64,000 nucleotides of DNA from Octopus sinensis (GCF_006345805.1 NC_043003.1:36208001-36272000); one strand, 5' to 3'; positions 12,770 through 26,033 are shown, counted from the stretch's first letter. The notes: a model not told the origin generated them from the sequence alone. Translations and numbers: made by a program.

Positions 12770-13110
12770 ATTCTAGTATTATTGTATTTTCTGCCTCTTG
12801 TTTGTAACCTGAATGAAAATGTATTTTCCTATCCGAAGTTCATGGTATCAGAGCTGCGTAAATGATGCTTGTTTCATATTCGAAATACCTTGAGTTTTTC
12901 GTTATTTTCATTTCTTTTTGTTGTTTTCTTGCGGAATGATTTCGTCTAAATTTGGAAGAAATCGCCCGATCCGTCAAAGACCTGACCGTAGTTTTGTTTC
13001 CGTGTCGCGTCTCCACCGTTCGAGCCGTTTGGACAGCTTTAGTTTCTTCCTTTTTGGGTGCAAACTTCGTATTTCTCCTCGAAGAATTGATCAAGGATCA
13101 TTCTCAACGC
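12770..13110 (-). mobile_element. Possible N-terminal fragment of an R4/Dong-like LINE ORF
   Basis: Minus frame ...SKRLERWRRDTETKLRSGL*RIGRFLPNLDEII...ELRIGKY resembles the 'W+++IE+KI++LRKD+S+L+EI ... RIRRY' region upstream of the RT in R4-clade ORFs; contains stops. Confidence 0.45.
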
Positions 13111-13144
13111 TTAGTAATAATAATATGCTTTGATGCAGTCATAT

Positions 13145-13426
13145 GCCCTGATGCAGTATCAGGCAGTAGCTCTCGTGGCTTCTGATCTTATCTGATTAGA
13201 AGTGTTATCATCTACATTGTTTTGTCTTGGTATAAAAGGTGGGCTACAGTAAATATTTTGCCCAGTACAACAGATTTGCTGGTCAGTTGTTTGACCTTAA
13301 CCAGTTGAGCTTGTACCTTAATGGCTGATGATATGTGCATCTCTCATCCCGTGCAGAATTAGTGGCTGAGCATCATAGCCATATGTCTCTGCGAGTGATT
13401 GTAACAAACATGCAGATTAAAAGGAA
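13145..13426 (+). mobile_element. 5' part of a TAA-associated non-autonomous Octopus repeat fused to a LINE-like 3' terminus
   Basis: atgccctgatgcagtatcaggcagtagctctcgtggcttctgatc...gagcatcatagcc matches a common Octopus repeat recalled from memory. 13398-13421 is 23/24 identical to the 3' end of the LINE at 25430-26033. Confidence 0.6.
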
Positions 13427-13465
13427 ATAATAATAATAATAATAACAACAACAACTACAATAATA

Positions 13466-13496
<31 letters not shown>

Positions 13497-13504
13497 TAAT
13501 AATA

Positions 13505-13557
<53 letters not shown>
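13427..13557. repeat. (TAA)n microsatellite, LINE target
   Basis: Direct reading; immediately precedes a Dong-like LINE. Confidence 0.97.
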
Positions 13558-13558
<1 letters not shown>

Positions 13559-13559
<1 letters not shown>

Positions 13560-15322
13560 CTGAGCATGATATAGGTTGACTTTCGTAAAGCATATGATAT
13601 GATAACACACTCCTGGATAATAGGAACAATGGAAATGTATGGAGTAGCAGAAAATATGAGAACCCTTATATGGAGAACGGAATTGACTGCAGAAAATCAA
13701 GTATTAGGAAAGGTAAAAATCAAGAAAGAAGTCTCCATTGATCTTCGTGCTGGGAATGATGATCTTGCATGAAATTCTCCAGAAAACAAAGCTGGAATAT
13801 GATGTGGGAAGAAGTAATGGAAAGTAAATCACTTGCTATTTTTGGACAACCTGAAGCTATTCATAAAAATTGAGGTAAATCTGGACAGCCTATTCCAGTC
13901 TGTGCGGATTTTCTGCAGTGATATTCAGAAGGAATTATGACTCTCGAAATGTACTACTATGGTGATAATCCGAGGAAAGCTTGTCAGGACAGAAGGCATA
14001 TGTGTGCCAAGTGGTGAAATGATGGAAGCTATTCAACCTCAATCCGAATATAAATACCAGGGAATACCAGAGCAGATGGAATCAAACACAATGTCATGAA
14101 GAAAATGACAAAAAGAGAGTACCTGCGGCGAGTGAGAAAAATATTGGCTTCAAAGCTGAATGCCAGAAACATATTTTTGGCAATAAATTCGCGCACAATT
14201 GCAGTAGTTCGGTATGGCACAGGAATCCTGATGTGGACAGAGGAGCAGCTAAAGGAAATGGACAGGAAGTCAAGAAAGCTCCTAACGGTGCATAGAGCCC
14301 ATCATCCACGTGCAGACACTGGTCACCTATATACGAAGACAGTAAATGGATGAAGGGGACTGATAAGTGTGGAATATTGCGTGCGTATCGAACTCGGGAG
14401 CTTAATGAGATACCTAGTTGAAAGTAAAGAAACTTTGCTAGTGACAGTTAAGGACGATGGAGTATTGAAAATAGAGCAGAAAGGAAAAGCAAAGAAGAAG
14501 TACGAAAAGGATATGAAGAAGAATTACGCAAGAAGGGACTACACGATCAATTCCATATAGCCACAACAGAAGTTTCAGGACAAAATAGATAGGATTGGCT
14601 GATGAAAGAACCTTAAAAAAAAGCGACCGAAAGTACTATACCGGCAGAGCAAGACCAAACTCTGGCCACGAACTGGAGGACCAGCCTGTGGAGTGAGCAA
14701 GTGTCTCCGCTGTACCTCATCTGCAATAGAGTGGATGAAACCATTACCCATATCACGAATGAACATCCTAGACTTGTCCAAAAGCACAAGTTGTGGAGGC
14801 ACGAACAGATAACGAAAGTGCTACAATGTAAACTGTGCGAAAAGTGGGGTATAAAGAGAGGTAATACGTGGTATGAGCACAAAATGCAGAGTATGGCGGA
14901 GTCGGAGACTAGCTAGAGCATAACAGACCGGACCTAGTGGTGGTGAACATGGTGCACCACATATGCTATACAGTTGATGTTGCATACCCATTTGACCCAT
15001 GAATAGTCAAGAAGTAAGGCGAAAAGGTAACTAAGTACAACCCTCTTATGTACGAAATCGCCCGGCTAAGGAAAATGAAGAAGATGAAGATAGTGCCAAT
15101 AATTGTTGAGTCCTTGAGAACAGTATCAGAAGGGATCGAGAGGAATATAAAGGAATTTGGAATAGAACTGTTATAAAAGGTTTGCCTCCTTGGCACGAAT
15201 AATCAGGAAAGAATTAGGTAGCTGAAAAGAACGGATGGCATTGTACCGTAGGCTGCAGGTAGCAAGCTCGCTATGCATGAAAGACTCCAAGAACTCCAAG
15301 AAAATTTGTGATAATGAGAAAT
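13559..15322 (+). mobile_element. 5'-truncated R4/Dong-like non-LTR retrotransposon (RT, CCHC finger, restriction-like endonuclease), pseudogenised
   Basis: VDFRKAYDM..HSW and NHLLFLDNLKLF (RT); ORF 14096-14353 EYLRRVRKILASKLNARN...DRKSRKLLTVHRAHHPRAD; C..C..DETITHI..RH; RPD...DVAYPFD..K..KY..L (REL); (TAA/TGA)n tail from 15323. Confidence 0.92.
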
Positions 15323-15382
15323 ATTAATAATAATGATGATGATGATGAAGACGACGGCGACGATGATGATAATATTAATAAT

Positions 15383-15750
15383 AGTAAATTAAGAAAATAT
15401 GACGTTGAAATAGAGGTCTTAAATATGTATCTGCAATCATCAGGGCATTGGAAACAATAGCAAAATGCGCTCTTAAATACTATGTTCAAATATCAGGAAG
15501 TACTAAGTCATCACAATTAAAAAACATTGTGCTCATGAATACTGCCCATACCCTTAAGAAGACAATATCAACTTGAAAACGCTTGATTCTCTTAAAACTC
15601 CATCAAAACTGAAATATAAATCGAACAGAAGCTTAATTCTCAGATTCTTACATCTTTCACATTCACTAGATCATCGCTATTCATAAACAACATCAAGTGT
15701 AAGACGCTCGACTTGATTTTACTTGAGGCCTCTGTGAGAAACTAGTAACA
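15383..15750 (+). mobile_element. Older Dong-like LINE 3' fragment
   Basis: SKLRKYDVEIEVLNM...AIIRALETIAK...QLKNIVLMNTAHTLKKTIST* matches the REL C-terminus seen at 25600-26000 (EIQKVVLTSTARILRKTLSI*). Confidence 0.7.
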
Positions 15751-16639
15751 GCTCGTATAAAACAAAGCAGTAATAACGTAAATAATAACTTGGTAAGCCA
15801 CAAAAAGTCCAAAAGATACAGGAGAAAGTAAAATTACAAAGATACGTAGATCCCATAACAAAATAACTATAGCGAAAACAAGAGAACCGCAACAAACAGA
15901 TTTCCAGAACGGGAAGTTTAACTGTTTCAAGTTCAGAGGCCAGCAGCATTTTCTGGTATTTGTCGCTTTTTCTAAGGCTATTCTCTCTATATTATTTTCC
16001 TATCCTTTTCTTTTCTTCTCCCACGCTTGTAGCAATTGAAAATTCTCATAAACACTACTAGCCACATCAACTTCTTTCTACCCGGCTTCTCTACATCTTA
16101 AGTTTCACTGTTCATATTTCTGCACCAAATACCAAGCATATTTCTAGAAAAGCTATCCATACTCACTCGTCCTGATCATATACTCTTCTATTTCATTTTG
16201 GCAACAACGACCCGCAGATATTCATATTGCATTTCCAATGAGACACTCACTTAATGTTAAAATAATGACACTTAACCATCAGTCAACTGCGCTGAACCAT
16301 CTTGTGAGGTCCATTTGTATATATTGGTGGGTTTCACAGCTTCAACTTGTCTCTTGGCTGTCTCCACCCTACCACAAACCCCGGCAAGACATACATCAGT
16401 TGACCTAGCTAAATAGACAAAATACTGTACAATTTATTGGCTAGTACCTGTTGTGGTGGGATAAAAAATTCGCATTCGTTACTCCTGTAGTTTGAATACT
16501 CCAATGTTCTCAATTCATGATTTTGGATTCAATCATGTAATAACAGAATACTTTTCGTGATTGATTTTCGAAATCTATCAGTCTACTCACACTGACTAAC
16601 GCAAGAACATAGACTTGCAAAAATAATACATCGGGAATC

Positions 16640-19030
16640 GAAGGAGGATAACAGAGAAGTAGCTGAATTTTAGCAGAGAAATTTATGAGATTCGGCTACG
16701 AAAAATGTGCTTAGGTAACATTCGCTAAAAGGTAATGAAAAGGGAAAAAATATAATTGTGCTAGGTAAAAGATGACAGAAGTACACCCAGCACTCGCATA
16801 AAAATGAATTAATAAACTAAACCATGTACAACACACAAATAGCAAAAATATTATAGACATATTAGATAAGCACTTACAAAAGATCTAAATTCAGAAATTG
16901 GTTAAACGCATTAATACTCTGTCTCTCCTAGCAATAATATTTAGTTATGATATTTTAATGTGTAGCCTAAACTAACTAGCGAGGCTAGACAGAAAAGTGG
17001 AAGATTCAATTGCACCTATATATAATAATGAATGGTGGAAATTAATAAAAATGTCAACAATTTACGACCAAAACTAAAACAAATAGTTCTCTCACTTCAA
17101 GAAAGACAACAAATACATACAAGATAGATGCTGAATTAAATGATATCTATAAGAAAAGAAACTCCAACAGCAAATCGTGAACATATTAAAGCAAAACTAC
17201 AGAAAACCATGGGAAAATGATTGCAAAAGAGCCCCTGTATATTGCAATATATGAATAAACCGAAGCGTGGAAGTAGACAAAATGAAATTTGCAAATCTCG
17301 AAAAATATCCAACTCTAATATGAGACGTCCCTGCTCCCGAAAAAACGTGAGCTTTTCACAAATTCTTGTACACCTAAATTAATTCCCTACGGACTAAGAT
17401 TAGAGCGATTGCACTACAACCACTATAATCATAAAACAATGCAGGCTATTGTAAGTGCACATTGAGTGTAGATGGGAAAGAAGCACTTTCCATTATAGTT
17501 TCTGGTTGTTCAGTCTTAGCGTCAGCGGGATACACCCAAATGTATGACACGTTTGAGAAGTAAATACGAGGGTGGGCTGAAAATTCCATAGGCTGAAGAC
17601 TATGGTGTGATGCTAGAGGTATGAAATCTTGCATGTATTAATGTTAACATTTTTTACTAATAACCACAATGTTTTTCCAGGTAAACCATCTAATTGTTCA
17701 AAGAAAATTTCAGAAGTAACTACTAGCGACATCTCATGAAAATCGACAAAAGTTAGCATGGTGGTGTTATTAAGTACCTACAGGAAACGGGTTTAGCCCC
17801 CAACGACATTCATGCAGGTATTGTTGCTAAATTAGGGGATGATGCTCCAGCTTTATAAACAGTGCAAAAGTAGGCAGCTGAATTTATAATGGAAAGAGTG
17901 AGTCTTGACAATAACACATTGTCTGGACGTCCTGCAACTTCCTCCATCAAGGGAAACATTGATCGTGTTCACCACATGGTGATTGAAGACATGCGACTGA
18001 TTATACATCAAATAGCCAATGCTATTAGCATATCCCGCAAGAAAGTTCAGAATATACTCCATCATGAACTTGACATGATGAAGGTTTCTGCTCGGCGGGT
18101 GCCACGTCTTCGGACAACAGTATAAAAGCGCACCAGCTTGATCGCATTACGGGAAAATTAGATATTGTTTGAAGCAGATCCCAGTTATCTTCTTGAACGT
18201 TTTCTAACCCAGGAGGAGTGTCGGCTTCATCACTTTGAGTCAGAGACAAAGAGAATATCCATACCGTAAAAGCACCCCGACTCATCCGCTCCAAAAAAGG
18301 TCAAGGTCTTTTCATTCGATGAGAAGGTGATGATCTTTTTTTTGCATGCAAAACGCATTGTGTTCATTGACTATTTTCAAAGGGGCCACACCAGAAATGG
18401 AGAATACTACGCCAGCTGGCTGGAGCAGTTACTAAAGGCTTTCTAGATCAAACTCCCAGGAACACTAAATGAAAAGTGTCCTGTTTCAGCAGGAGGATGT
18501 CCCAGCACAGCAAGTCCTTGCTCTCAAAGGTTTCAGTCCGTGACTGTAACTTTGAACTAGCTGAACACCGTCCCTATTCTCTTGATCTAGCCTCATCGGA
18601 CTATCATGTGTTCACGAATATGAAAAATTAATTGGCAGGGAACCACATCGCAGTGATGATGGCTGCCAAGCACTGCAACACTGATCGGAGAATTGTGTGG
18701 GTAACAAACTGGAGGAGCTATATTGAAAAAAATTCGTCATTCTATTCGAGTATCTAGGTTAGCCTTCGTACATTAGAAATTATACTAGCAATATTAAATA
18801 TCAACAAAAAGGGAAAAAAGCACTAAATTTTGCATGCACACGAAAAGGCCTCCAACTATGTCAGGTTGATTATTCTTCGCACTATATATACCCTCATACA
18901 CAGATATCAAGGTTAATCGCCAAGATATTGTTGTGAAGGACCACCACGAAAGCAAATGTCTCTTTAAATAAAGTACCGGCCCTAAAAGATGAAAATATAT
19001 CACACGAAGTATTTCGGAAATTATCCTCAC
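16640..19030 (+). mobile_element. Highly decayed Dong-like LINE, split by a mariner insertion
   Basis: Remnant motifs KCA*VTF, AIIFSYDIL..LARLDRK, IVSGCSVLASAGY (17492-17560) and, after the mariner, IH*KLY*QY and DIKVNRQDIVVKDHHESKCL (18900-18965). Confidence 0.65.
17565..18770 (+). mobile_element. Mariner (DD34D-type) transposon, decayed full-length copy
   Basis: TA-flanked, 1.2 kb. Transposase from ATG 17736: VIKYL..LGDDAP...SGRP...ELDMMKVSARRVP...FLTQEECRLHHFESETK...HRPYSLDLASSDYHVF, with many stops and frameshifts. The TIRs are strongly diverged from each other. Confidence 0.92.
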
Positions 19031-19039
19031 ATATAGCGT

Positions 19040-19170
19040 TGGAATTTGCGATAACCGCAGTACGTGTGAGATGCGGCGGGGCTGGGATTGAAAATCAATA
19101 TCTCATGGATATAAAACGGAAATTTACTCTATCTGCTAGGGTTATTGCTAGAGAACTAAATGATTATGAA
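19040..19170 (+). mobile_element. Possible mariner HTH fragment
   Basis: IENQYLMDIKRKFTLSARVIARELN resembles the mariner second HTH. Confidence 0.35.
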
Positions 19171-19449
19171 AAACTGTGCATGTTCAAAGTAATGATGCAT
19201 AATTAAATATAATGGACTAAAATGAAAGAACAATCGTAAACAGAAACATTTTACATACAACTAAAATGATGTGTATAAAAGTGACTACATAGATTGTGGA
19301 AAAATCATTAATGAAATATGCGTATTTATCTACAACGTGTATTTAAAAAAAACAAAAATTTCTATTGTATTAAGCCTATTTTCCTTTATCACATACACAC
19401 GCATACGTACACACAAGCAGACACACACACACACGCACACACACACACA

Positions 19450-19538
<89 letters not shown>

Positions 19539-19829
19539 GCGCACATACTCATTCATGTATATGAAAATACACACACATGGCGGTGTATATATGTATATCA
19601 TATTTTGGGATGTGGCATACACAACAATTCTGTTAATTAGTAGCTATTTATCTGTATGCTATGGATTCCTTTGATTTTAAACAATGCTAATCTTTTCACC
19701 GAATTGACCTCAATGTATTATTTGTGCATATTTTATTCCATGGACGACAAAGACCGGATGTAAAACGTGAGTATTTATGAGTATATGCATACGTAGAACG
19801 AGAGAGTGATTAAGAGAGAGATATAAATA

Positions 19830-19945
<116 letters not shown>

Positions 19946-20439
19946 ATCAAGTACACACACACATGCAAATCTTTATGTATGAATGTGTGTGTATGTATAC
20001 ATTCTGTAAGGCAATTTAATCCAGTGCTATTCAAGTTGGATGTATTTTAAAAACATATCAGCCTCATACTCAGTTCTCAAAGTTTCCATTATGTTTGTGA
20101 CTGGCCTCAGCGCTATCATCCATAACTTCATCATCTTCATCATCATTAACGTTTTATCCATTATCGCCATCATCATGTCACATTCAAGCTGCTTCCTCAT
20201 CAAATTAATTAACTTGCCCTTAATGTTTATCATGCCAATCATATCCAACATTAATTAGTATTGTTTGATAATATATTTTGTGAAAATCTATCTAAAACCG
20301 TTTCATCTGAAGAGTAATATGATATATGTTGCCACAGAAACTGAACAATTAAATTAATACGTGTTCTTTTAACAGGGAAATACTGAAGTTTGACCGAGTG
20401 GCAGTAGCTAGTATAGTAGCTAGTATAGTAGCTAGTATA

Positions 20440-21333
20440 GGTGTTGCGGACCTATTACAAAGTCTGCGACACCATCTGTGTGTTCCCTCAGAGTGAAATT
20501 GAAGAAGAGTTGGGCGGGATTTCTGCCAACTTATAGGTTCATCCGTAGGGGTGCAAAGTACGCCACGGTGTGCGTGCTTTTCGACACCCCTATGGAGGCT
20601 CAGAAATTTGCGAATCAACCTATAGATGGGAGGTAGATTTTGTTTCTCCCCACTAATGGTGGGCGTAAATTGACAAGACCCTGGGTGTGTGGGCTGCCGC
20701 CCGCTATAGATGCTGAATAGATAGAAGATTCTATCCGTCGAGGCCTGGGTGGTGGCCCTGCTCGGCTCTTGAATGTACAAATATTGCCTGCGGTCGATTG
20801 GGTCGAGTCAAAAGCAACGTTGACCCTTTGGGCCCAATCGGCTGAAGATCTGGTTTTTCCAGATTTCTTGACAATGGCTGGTTCCAAGCACCTGGTGATC
20901 ATTGAGTGACGCCCCCACCAAGTGTCACCTGTGCCTGAAATAAGGGCACACGAAGAAGAACTGTTTGCCGGGACCAGGTGAAGGTCCTGGAACTGTTGAT
21001 GACTTTAAACACCCTGTTCCCCAACGAAGCCTCCTGCTTCTTCATCGGAGAGAGAGAGGGAGAAAGTCGAGGAGGGGGTAACCTCCTCGAGAAAATGTAC
21101 TAAGAGAAAGAAGGTGGGCAACAATGTTTGCCAACCGATGGAGCCTGAGGTGGCGGGAAGGGAGGAGGGACCTCCGAACATGTCGGAGGTATTCCACTCT
21201 CCCGTCGCAAAGGGGAAAAGAAAGAAGAAAAAAACGGGGCATCGCCGGCGACGGCATGTCCCGAAATCCCTTCGATTGGCGGTTGCAAGAATACCTGCAG
21301 GCCGCAAAAGAGTTAATTGAGGGAGTAAAGTAA
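20440..21333 (+). mobile_element. Tx1/L1-like LINE ORF1 (gag-like, CCHC zinc knuckle) pseudogene
   Basis: GC-rich island; plus-strand frame FIRRGAKYATVCVLF...WVCGLPPAID...LVIIE*RP then KCHLCLK*GHTKKNC (CX2CX4HX4C at 20923-20964), followed by a basic low-complexity tail. No ORF2 is evident downstream. Confidence 0.7.
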
Positions 21334-23005
21334 GAAGTTTATCGCCTCCATATGTATAAAATTTGTTTGTGAGGGACTTCTAGTCCAATTTTTTGCATGT
21401 ATTTGTAAGAGTTTTAATTCCTCTATATATGTTGTTTTTAACGAACAATGTTTTAGAGAAGCAGGGTGTCGGCGGGCGATTTTCTGTCTTCTCCCATTTT
21501 ATCATCTTGTATCATTATCATTCACCTCATTAATGTCTTGTCCAGCCGCAAAAATACACATCTGTGTAACGTCTTTATGGCAAATGATATAAAATAAGGT
21601 AGCTAGTATAGCCGATTAATTATAAAGTTTACTTTGCACACACGGTTTCAATCTCACTCCGTGCTACCTTGGGCAGATTTCATTTTTCTATAAAATCGGA
21701 TCAACCCATATATTCGGTAAAATTCGCTACAAGGAAACTTCATAGAAGCGGGTCTTCATACTGCGTAATACTGATTCTGTTGAGAACTCACGCGTTAATT
21801 CAGGAGCAGATAATTCAGTTGACAGAGCAACTGAATCTTTGTTACCGAACAGTGAGGATTAACCATTGCTGAAGTTATCTTCTTGCATGTCACGTAAATT
21901 AGTTTAAAATCACAAAACAACGTTAGATATTTGGGACAAAGTAGTGTGCATTGTTGTAAATAAATATCTCGTATTCTATTTGCTTTTTCTTCCCCCCCCC
22001 ACTTCTTTCATGTTTCCTCTTTTCTTCACAGCTACCCTTCTCTCTATCTCTATCTCTCTCTTACTCTTTCTCTTCATCTCTCGCTCTCCCTTCTTCTCTC
22101 CCTCGATTCCTCTCTTTCTCTTTATTTCTCGATATCTACTACTCAGGATATTGTGACCGGATTAATTATAAGAATGAAATATATTCCTCACTGCAACCTA
22201 GTATCCACGTATTAAGACGATTCTCTTCGACGCTAATCAACATGCAAAGTCATTTCCTTCAGAAATTCAATCATTCATGAACTTACAACACTATATCCCC
22301 AAGCATTTCTAGCATCTGAAGCTATGCAAATGTAACAGGAATATTACATACTTCTCCCACAATACTCGACGTTTGTCTTGAATCAAAATAGAATATATGT
22401 CGATTATTTAAATAAAAATATTATTTTCTGACTTTGTAGAATCTAAATATAAAATTGGAGATTATTCGACAAAAATGAAAACAAAATACCGTAAATACAA
22501 GGTTCATCTTTGCATTTTGTTTTATACTTCCCTAACTTATTGACTACATTCCTATAATTTTGGGATGCCTCGCAGCAAATATAGCCTGCGGTTCTTTGTT
22601 GGAAATCCCTAGGTGACTTAAGCCATTATTAGAGAGGGAATAATCGACTAGTAAGTAATGGAAACAGCAAACACAGTAGAATAATATCGTAAAAAAGAAT
22701 TATTCATGCGTATTACATAAGTTACAAGAGACATGGGAAAGTATTTCTATGAAACTGTGGACGATTGTTAACGAAAGGTGTTGTAAAGCCCCGTGTTTAT
22801 TTATTAGGCTAAATTCCTGTGAGACATAATTTCAGGAAGCGCGCAGTTGAAAGCCATACAGTTATCTTCATTAATAAGAAGTTTGCGAAGAAATCTCCAT
22901 ATAAGAAAGAGAGAGAGAACAGAATAGTTAGCCGTCAGGTTAAAGTGTACGAAGCCTGCGAATATAAATGCAACAATGTGAGAAGGTTTACAGCCTGAAG
23001 AATGC

Positions 23006-23093
<88 letters not shown>

Positions 23094-23117
23094 ACACATA
23101 CATACACAAACACACAC
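23006..23117. repeat. (CA)n microsatellite
   Basis: Direct reading. Confidence 0.96.
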
Positions 23118-23310
23118 ACAAGGGCATGCTGAAAAGTTCCTGGCTTTGGGCAAAGGAAAATACAGGAGCATCAGTTCATAATGATTTTATTCAACATATT
23201 CCCCTTTCAGATTTGCACACCTATTGTAGCGATCCTTCAGCTTTTCTAAGCCCTGCAAATGAACACGGTAATTTGGGCGTTCAACGAGGCCTAAAGCCAG
23301 GAAATTTGAA
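23118..23310 (-). mobile_element. Mariner-derived MITE, copy 2 (inverted)
   Basis: gctgaaaagttcctggctttggg.aaa.gaaaatacaggag.atcagtt...ttcaacatattcccc is the reverse complement of the MITE 3' half at 2800-2900 and 27830-27912. Confidence 0.8.
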
Positions 23311-23559
23311 TTTGTTGTGTACACATTTACCGTCTTGGAAGATCACCATAGGTTTTTCTTATAAGACTGACAGAAGTAGTTAAGTTTAACCCTAGGCGTT
23401 AAGAACCGCTGATGTGGTTTAAGATGGTCTATATCAAAATCTCAAATCGCGATCCCACTATGTACGCTGGGGACTTAATTCCCTTTGTTACTCACTTAAG
23501 ACAGTGCGTTTATGGCTTTCAGTTAATTTAACTCCTATCTTTAGCAAATGCGGTGCTAT

Positions 23560-23830
23560 TCAGTACCCTCTGTCACTTTTGACATAGATTCCTATGTGTG
23601 TGGCACAGTTTAGAATGTCTCCAACTGCTTTGCATGCAAAATCAATGCAGTGCTAGTGCCCAAGAATAAAGAAGCGCCCGAAGATCTTATCAGAAATGCA
23701 ATGAGGAATGCATACTTCAGGTTCCGGTGTCATCTTGAGGCTTTGATGAAAGCTGAGGATGGCTATTTTGAGCAATATTTTATTTCCCAGCCATAATATA
23801 GTTGATATCTTTGGATTTGTTTAAGTACTT
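23560..23830 (+). mobile_element. maT/DD37D-like Tc1-mariner transposase C-terminal remnant
   Basis: DIDSYVCGTV*NVSN...EAPEDLIRNAMRNAYFRFRCHLEALMKAEDGYFEQ resembles 'DYYVWG+VE...+AC+RFR+RLEAVV+AEG+YFE'. Confidence 0.6.
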
Positions 23831-24801
23831 CCATTTTTTGGATGGGATACTGTGCCTTCTTTCTCTCTTGTACAAACTGTCAAATATAGCCCAAACATCG
23901 AGAGCATATTTTTGATATATAATTTCCTTCGTTATATATTTCTCTACTGTTATATGAAAGGTATGGGATTTCTAAAATCTAGGAAATTAATATCCACAAT
24001 CAGCTCATAGATCTTGCGTACAATTACTCTACAGTGCATATAAAAGTACACTTAGTGCGTGTTAATTCGCCCATGTATTAAACGCACCGGACAGTCTTGT
24101 AACTATAACATAGAGGCTAAGCAGAAAAGTGATATCTGTGAGGAGAATTATCTGTTCTTTGAGTGGTGTAATAAATATATAATATTCTAGAAAGCACCGG
24201 CATTCTATCATTTCTTGAATCAGGAAGCATTTACTTCTTTATATATAGCATTAAAATTGTTGAATCAGTCTCTCTCTACTCAGACTAGTATCTAATAGCT
24301 TTAATACATAGTTAACATCTAATCTGGTTGTGGTTGAACTGCTAATCAAAGGAGTGCAGAATTTGTTGATAAGCAACTTGCAGTTATTGACTGAGTTAGT
24401 TACTGTTCCCTCACCTTGAACAGACAAGATTTTGTAGATAACAAGTAACATTTAATAGTATCGTTCTGAAGCTAATGAGACACTGAAAGAGAAATATTCT
24501 CGTAAATAATGTTTAAGAGTTTAGGATCATAGATAAAATCAAGTCCAAACATGCTCGTTAAAGTGCAGACGCTTTGGAAATTGTTCGCAACACGTGAATT
24601 TTAAAATTGCAAGGAAAATTTCCTTTTATCATTCACGGTAAATTTCAAATATTATCCAATGAAATAAAGTATTTAATAATTAAGGCTACTGAAGTACATT
24701 AACTAATTCAAAGCAGTTTTAGCAAAGCATATCCTTTATGTTAGCATAAATGATTTGTATGCCGATATAAATTACCCTGCAACACACTTGGTTATTTCAG
24801 C

Positions 24802-24852
<51 letters not shown>

Positions 24853-25039
24853 AATAAATAGACACATTTATACATAGAGGTAGAAATGCTAACATACACA
24901 AACACACACACATACACACACAGAGACACACACACATATATATATGTATATATATATATATAAGCACAAACACACACGCACTTATTTAGATTACTTGGTC
25001 GATTGATAATCCATTCGTCTGTAGTTGTTGTTTTCATCC

Positions 25040-25062
25040 TTATATTATTATTATTATTATTA

Positions 25063-25124
<62 letters not shown>
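25040..25124. repeat. (TTA)n microsatellite
   Basis: Direct reading. Confidence 0.96.
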
Positions 25125-25345
25125 GAGTGAGAGAGCCACGCATTTCATCAAAGTGACACGGGGTTACAAATATATGAAGCCCAGTATAGCCATCATGATT
25201 GCCGGTGTGATAAGTGTACACCAGGCGTATGCATCACAACCATATGTGCGCGACATGGTGATCACATATCAAGATAAACACCACTTGACCTTGCAGGTGG
25301 GACCGAGGTAGAATTTTCTTCGGGCTGAATAGTCCATCCCGTACT
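25125..25345 (-). mobile_element. 3' part of a TAA-associated non-autonomous Octopus repeat
   Basis: 220 bp of complex sequence flanked on both sides by TTA arrays; the minus strand ends ctctctcactc-(aat)n. It matches a common Octopus repeat recalled from memory, probably the same family as 13145-13395. Confidence 0.65.
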
Positions 25346-25429
25346 TTATTATTATTATTATTATTATTATTGTTGTTGTTGTTGTTGTTGTTGTTGTTAC
25401 TGTTGTTATTGTTGTTGTTGTTGTTGTTG

Positions 25430-26032
25430 CTTTTTAATTTTAATCTGCACGTTTGTTACAATGAATTGCCGAGTCACTCCCAGCCACCTGAGGCGAGTAA
25501 AGGATGAGGGATGTTACAGCTTGGCTGAAAGCTTGAGGAGGGGACAGTAGCGAAATAGTTTCATGTAATACAAAACAAACATTTAAATGGAGAGGGTTTT
25601 CCTAAGAATGCGGGCCGTACTTGTCAGCACAACCTTTTGGATTTCTCTGAAGCATGATTCTCCTGGGATCTTATCTAGATGTTCTTGACATCCCATTTTT
25701 GTCATATCTACGGCATCTACAATGACAGGAACAGTTCTCGATTTAAGATGTCACATCTTTTGTATTTCAATCTCCAGGAAATTATATTTACTTAATTTGT
25801 CAAATTTCTTTACTGATATATCAGTGGGAACACTTACATCTGTTAGTCTACAAGTGTTTCCTTCAATGTCTTTAATAATTATGTCTCGTCGATTAGCTTT
25901 GGATCGTTCTGTCATTCGAAGGATAGTGGCATTTTCCCTTCAACGACTGGCTCGGGGTGCCGTTCATACAAGTAAGCTGGAGTGCAGATTTTTTAGTGTT
26001 TACATATTTTCCAATGTAAATACTGTCCTGCC

Positions 26033-26033
<1 letters not shown>
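25430..26033 (-). mobile_element. 5'-truncated Dong-like LINE 3' end (REL endonuclease plus 3' UTR)
   Basis: Minus strand YERHPEPVVEGKNATIL..KANRRDIIIKD...DVSVPTD...KLSKY.FLEIEIQKM*...EIQKVVLTSTARILRKTLSI*; (CAA/TAA)n tail at 25346-25429. Confidence 0.9.
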
